A stretch of 64,000 nucleotides of DNA, from positions 40,612,001 to 40,676,000 of the forward strand of contig NC_086097.1 of assembly GCF_963921235.1 (NCBI RefSeq), read 5' to 3'. The notes under the pieces were generated by a model that saw only the letters and a program-made list of their open reading frames with translations, made no database searches and was not told the DNA's origin. The position numbers were made by a program, and so were the translations under genes. This stretch comes from Mobula hypostoma (Eukaryota). Below are positions 62,537 to 64,000 of this stretch, piece after piece. Positions within the stretch are counted from its first letter, which is position 1. Each line of letters opens with the position of its first letter.

Positions 62537-63154
62537 AGATTATTAGATTGAAGACACTCAATCCTTGTTTATTGTCATTTAGAAATGCATGCATTAAAAA
62601 TGATACAATGTTCCTCCAGAATGATATCATAAGAAACACAGGACAAACCAAGACTAAAACTGACAAAACCACATATTTATACCATATAGTTACAACAGTG
62701 CAAAGCAATATCGTAATTTGATAAAGAGCAGACCATGGGCACGGTAAAAAAAAAGTCTCAAAGTCCCTATAGCCTCATCATCTCACGCAGGCGGCAGAAG
62801 GGAGAAACTCTCCCTGCCATGAACTTCCAAGCGCAGCAAACTTGCCGATGCAGCACCATTGGAAGCACCTGACCGCAGCAGACTCTGAGTCCGTTTGAAA
62901 ACTTCAAGCTTCCGACCAGCCCTCCAACACAGCCTCTTCGAGCAGCATCCTCTGCCGAGCGCTTCGACCTCCGGAGATTCTGGATCACACGGTAGCAGCA
63001 GCAGCAAAGCAGGCATTTCAGAAGTTTCACCAGATGTTCCTCCTTGCTCTCACGTCCGTCTCCATCAAATCAGGATTGTGCACAGCACCCTACTTGACAA
63101 ATAACAGATATCACCACCGGATTGGCCGCTGCGAGCTGCGTCGCGCCTCCATCT
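62537..63154 (-). mobile_element. Non-coding, CpG-rich, LINE-derived non-autonomous retroposon
   Basis: The minus strand starts agatggaggcgcgacg and ends gacaataaac plus a short tail. Candidate 7-bp TSD tcttctc (62530-62536 / 63155-63161). Confidence 0.6.
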
Positions 63155-63252
63155 TCTTCTCCCTCGGAAAATGATCCCTTCTGACATGGTTAAATTGATC
63201 ACCCTCTAGTCTTTGTTCAGCAAGTGTCCAAGCATCCTTAAGGAGCCATCAA

Positions 63253-64000
63253 TTTAAAGTTCAAAGTAAATTTTATTATCAAAGCACATAAATGTCACCA
63301 TTTACAATCCTGAGATTCTTCATTTTGTGAGCATTCTCAGCAAGTCTATAGAATACTAATTGTAACAGGATCAAAGACTGACCGTCCAACTAGGGCACGC
63401 AGCTTGAGTACAGAAGGCAACAAACTGCGCAAATGCAAGTATAAATAAATAGCAATAGATATCGAGAACATGAGATCAAGGGTCCTTGAAAATGGGTCCA
63501 CTGGTTGTGGAATATTTCAATGATGGCACAAACGATGTTGAGTAAAATAACACACACAAAATGCTGGTGGAACGCGGCAGGCCAGGCAGCGTCCTATCGG
63601 AAGGGTTACAGTCGATGTTTCAGGCTGAGACCCTTCGTCAGTACTAACTGAAAGAAGAGATGGTAAGAGATTTGGGAGGGGGAGGGGGAGATCTGAAATG
63701 ACATTGTTCAAGAGCCTGATGGTTGAGGGGTAGTACCTGCTCTTGAACCTGGGTGTATGAATCCTGAGACTCTTGTACCTTCTACCTATGATAACAATGA
63801 GAAAAGAGCAAGACTTGGGTGGTGGGGATCCTGAAGATGGACACTGCCCTCCCACGGCACTACTTCATGTAGATGTGCTCAATAGTTGGGAGGGCTTTAC
63901 CTGTGTTGTAAGGGCCGTATCCACTACTTTTTGTAGGACTTTCTGTCCAAGGGCATTGGTGTTTCTATTCCAGACTGTGATATAGCCAGTCAATATACTC
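63253..64000 (-). mobile_element. Rex/Babar LINE 3' part running off the window edge, with a PLE insert at about 63548-63700
   Basis: GRRYKSLRIHTPRFKSRYYPSTIRLLN. The PLE insert carries the hammerhead relic tagtactgacgaagggtctcagcctgaaacatcgactg on the minus strand at 63609-63646. Confidence 0.85.

Overview
Repeat-dense vertebrate non-coding DNA (intron or intergenic). The repeat landscape suggests a cartilaginous fish, probably a batoid ray (inference from family recognition, not a database result). I cannot support any host protein-coding gene. The recognisable long ORFs derive from decayed transposons: Rex1/Babar, CR1, L1, L2-like and RTE LINEs, Penelope-like elements (PLEs) with a GIY-YIG endonuclease, Gypsy LTR relics, and Tc1, Tigger and hAT derivatives. 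The most notable signal is about ten PLE terminal repeats carrying a minimal type-I hammerhead ribozyme motif. One copy has an intact core (55147-55184), and many are 90-180 bp inserts with 11-15 bp target-site duplications (TSDs) whose 5' ends cluster at the ribozyme core. Also seen: 3- to 5-level nested insertions with resolvable junctions, a tail-only inverted LINE insertion, a G-rich polarised minisatellite, and a few TE-poor islands that may be regulatory. Element boundaries were read by eye and are approximate unless a TSD is given.
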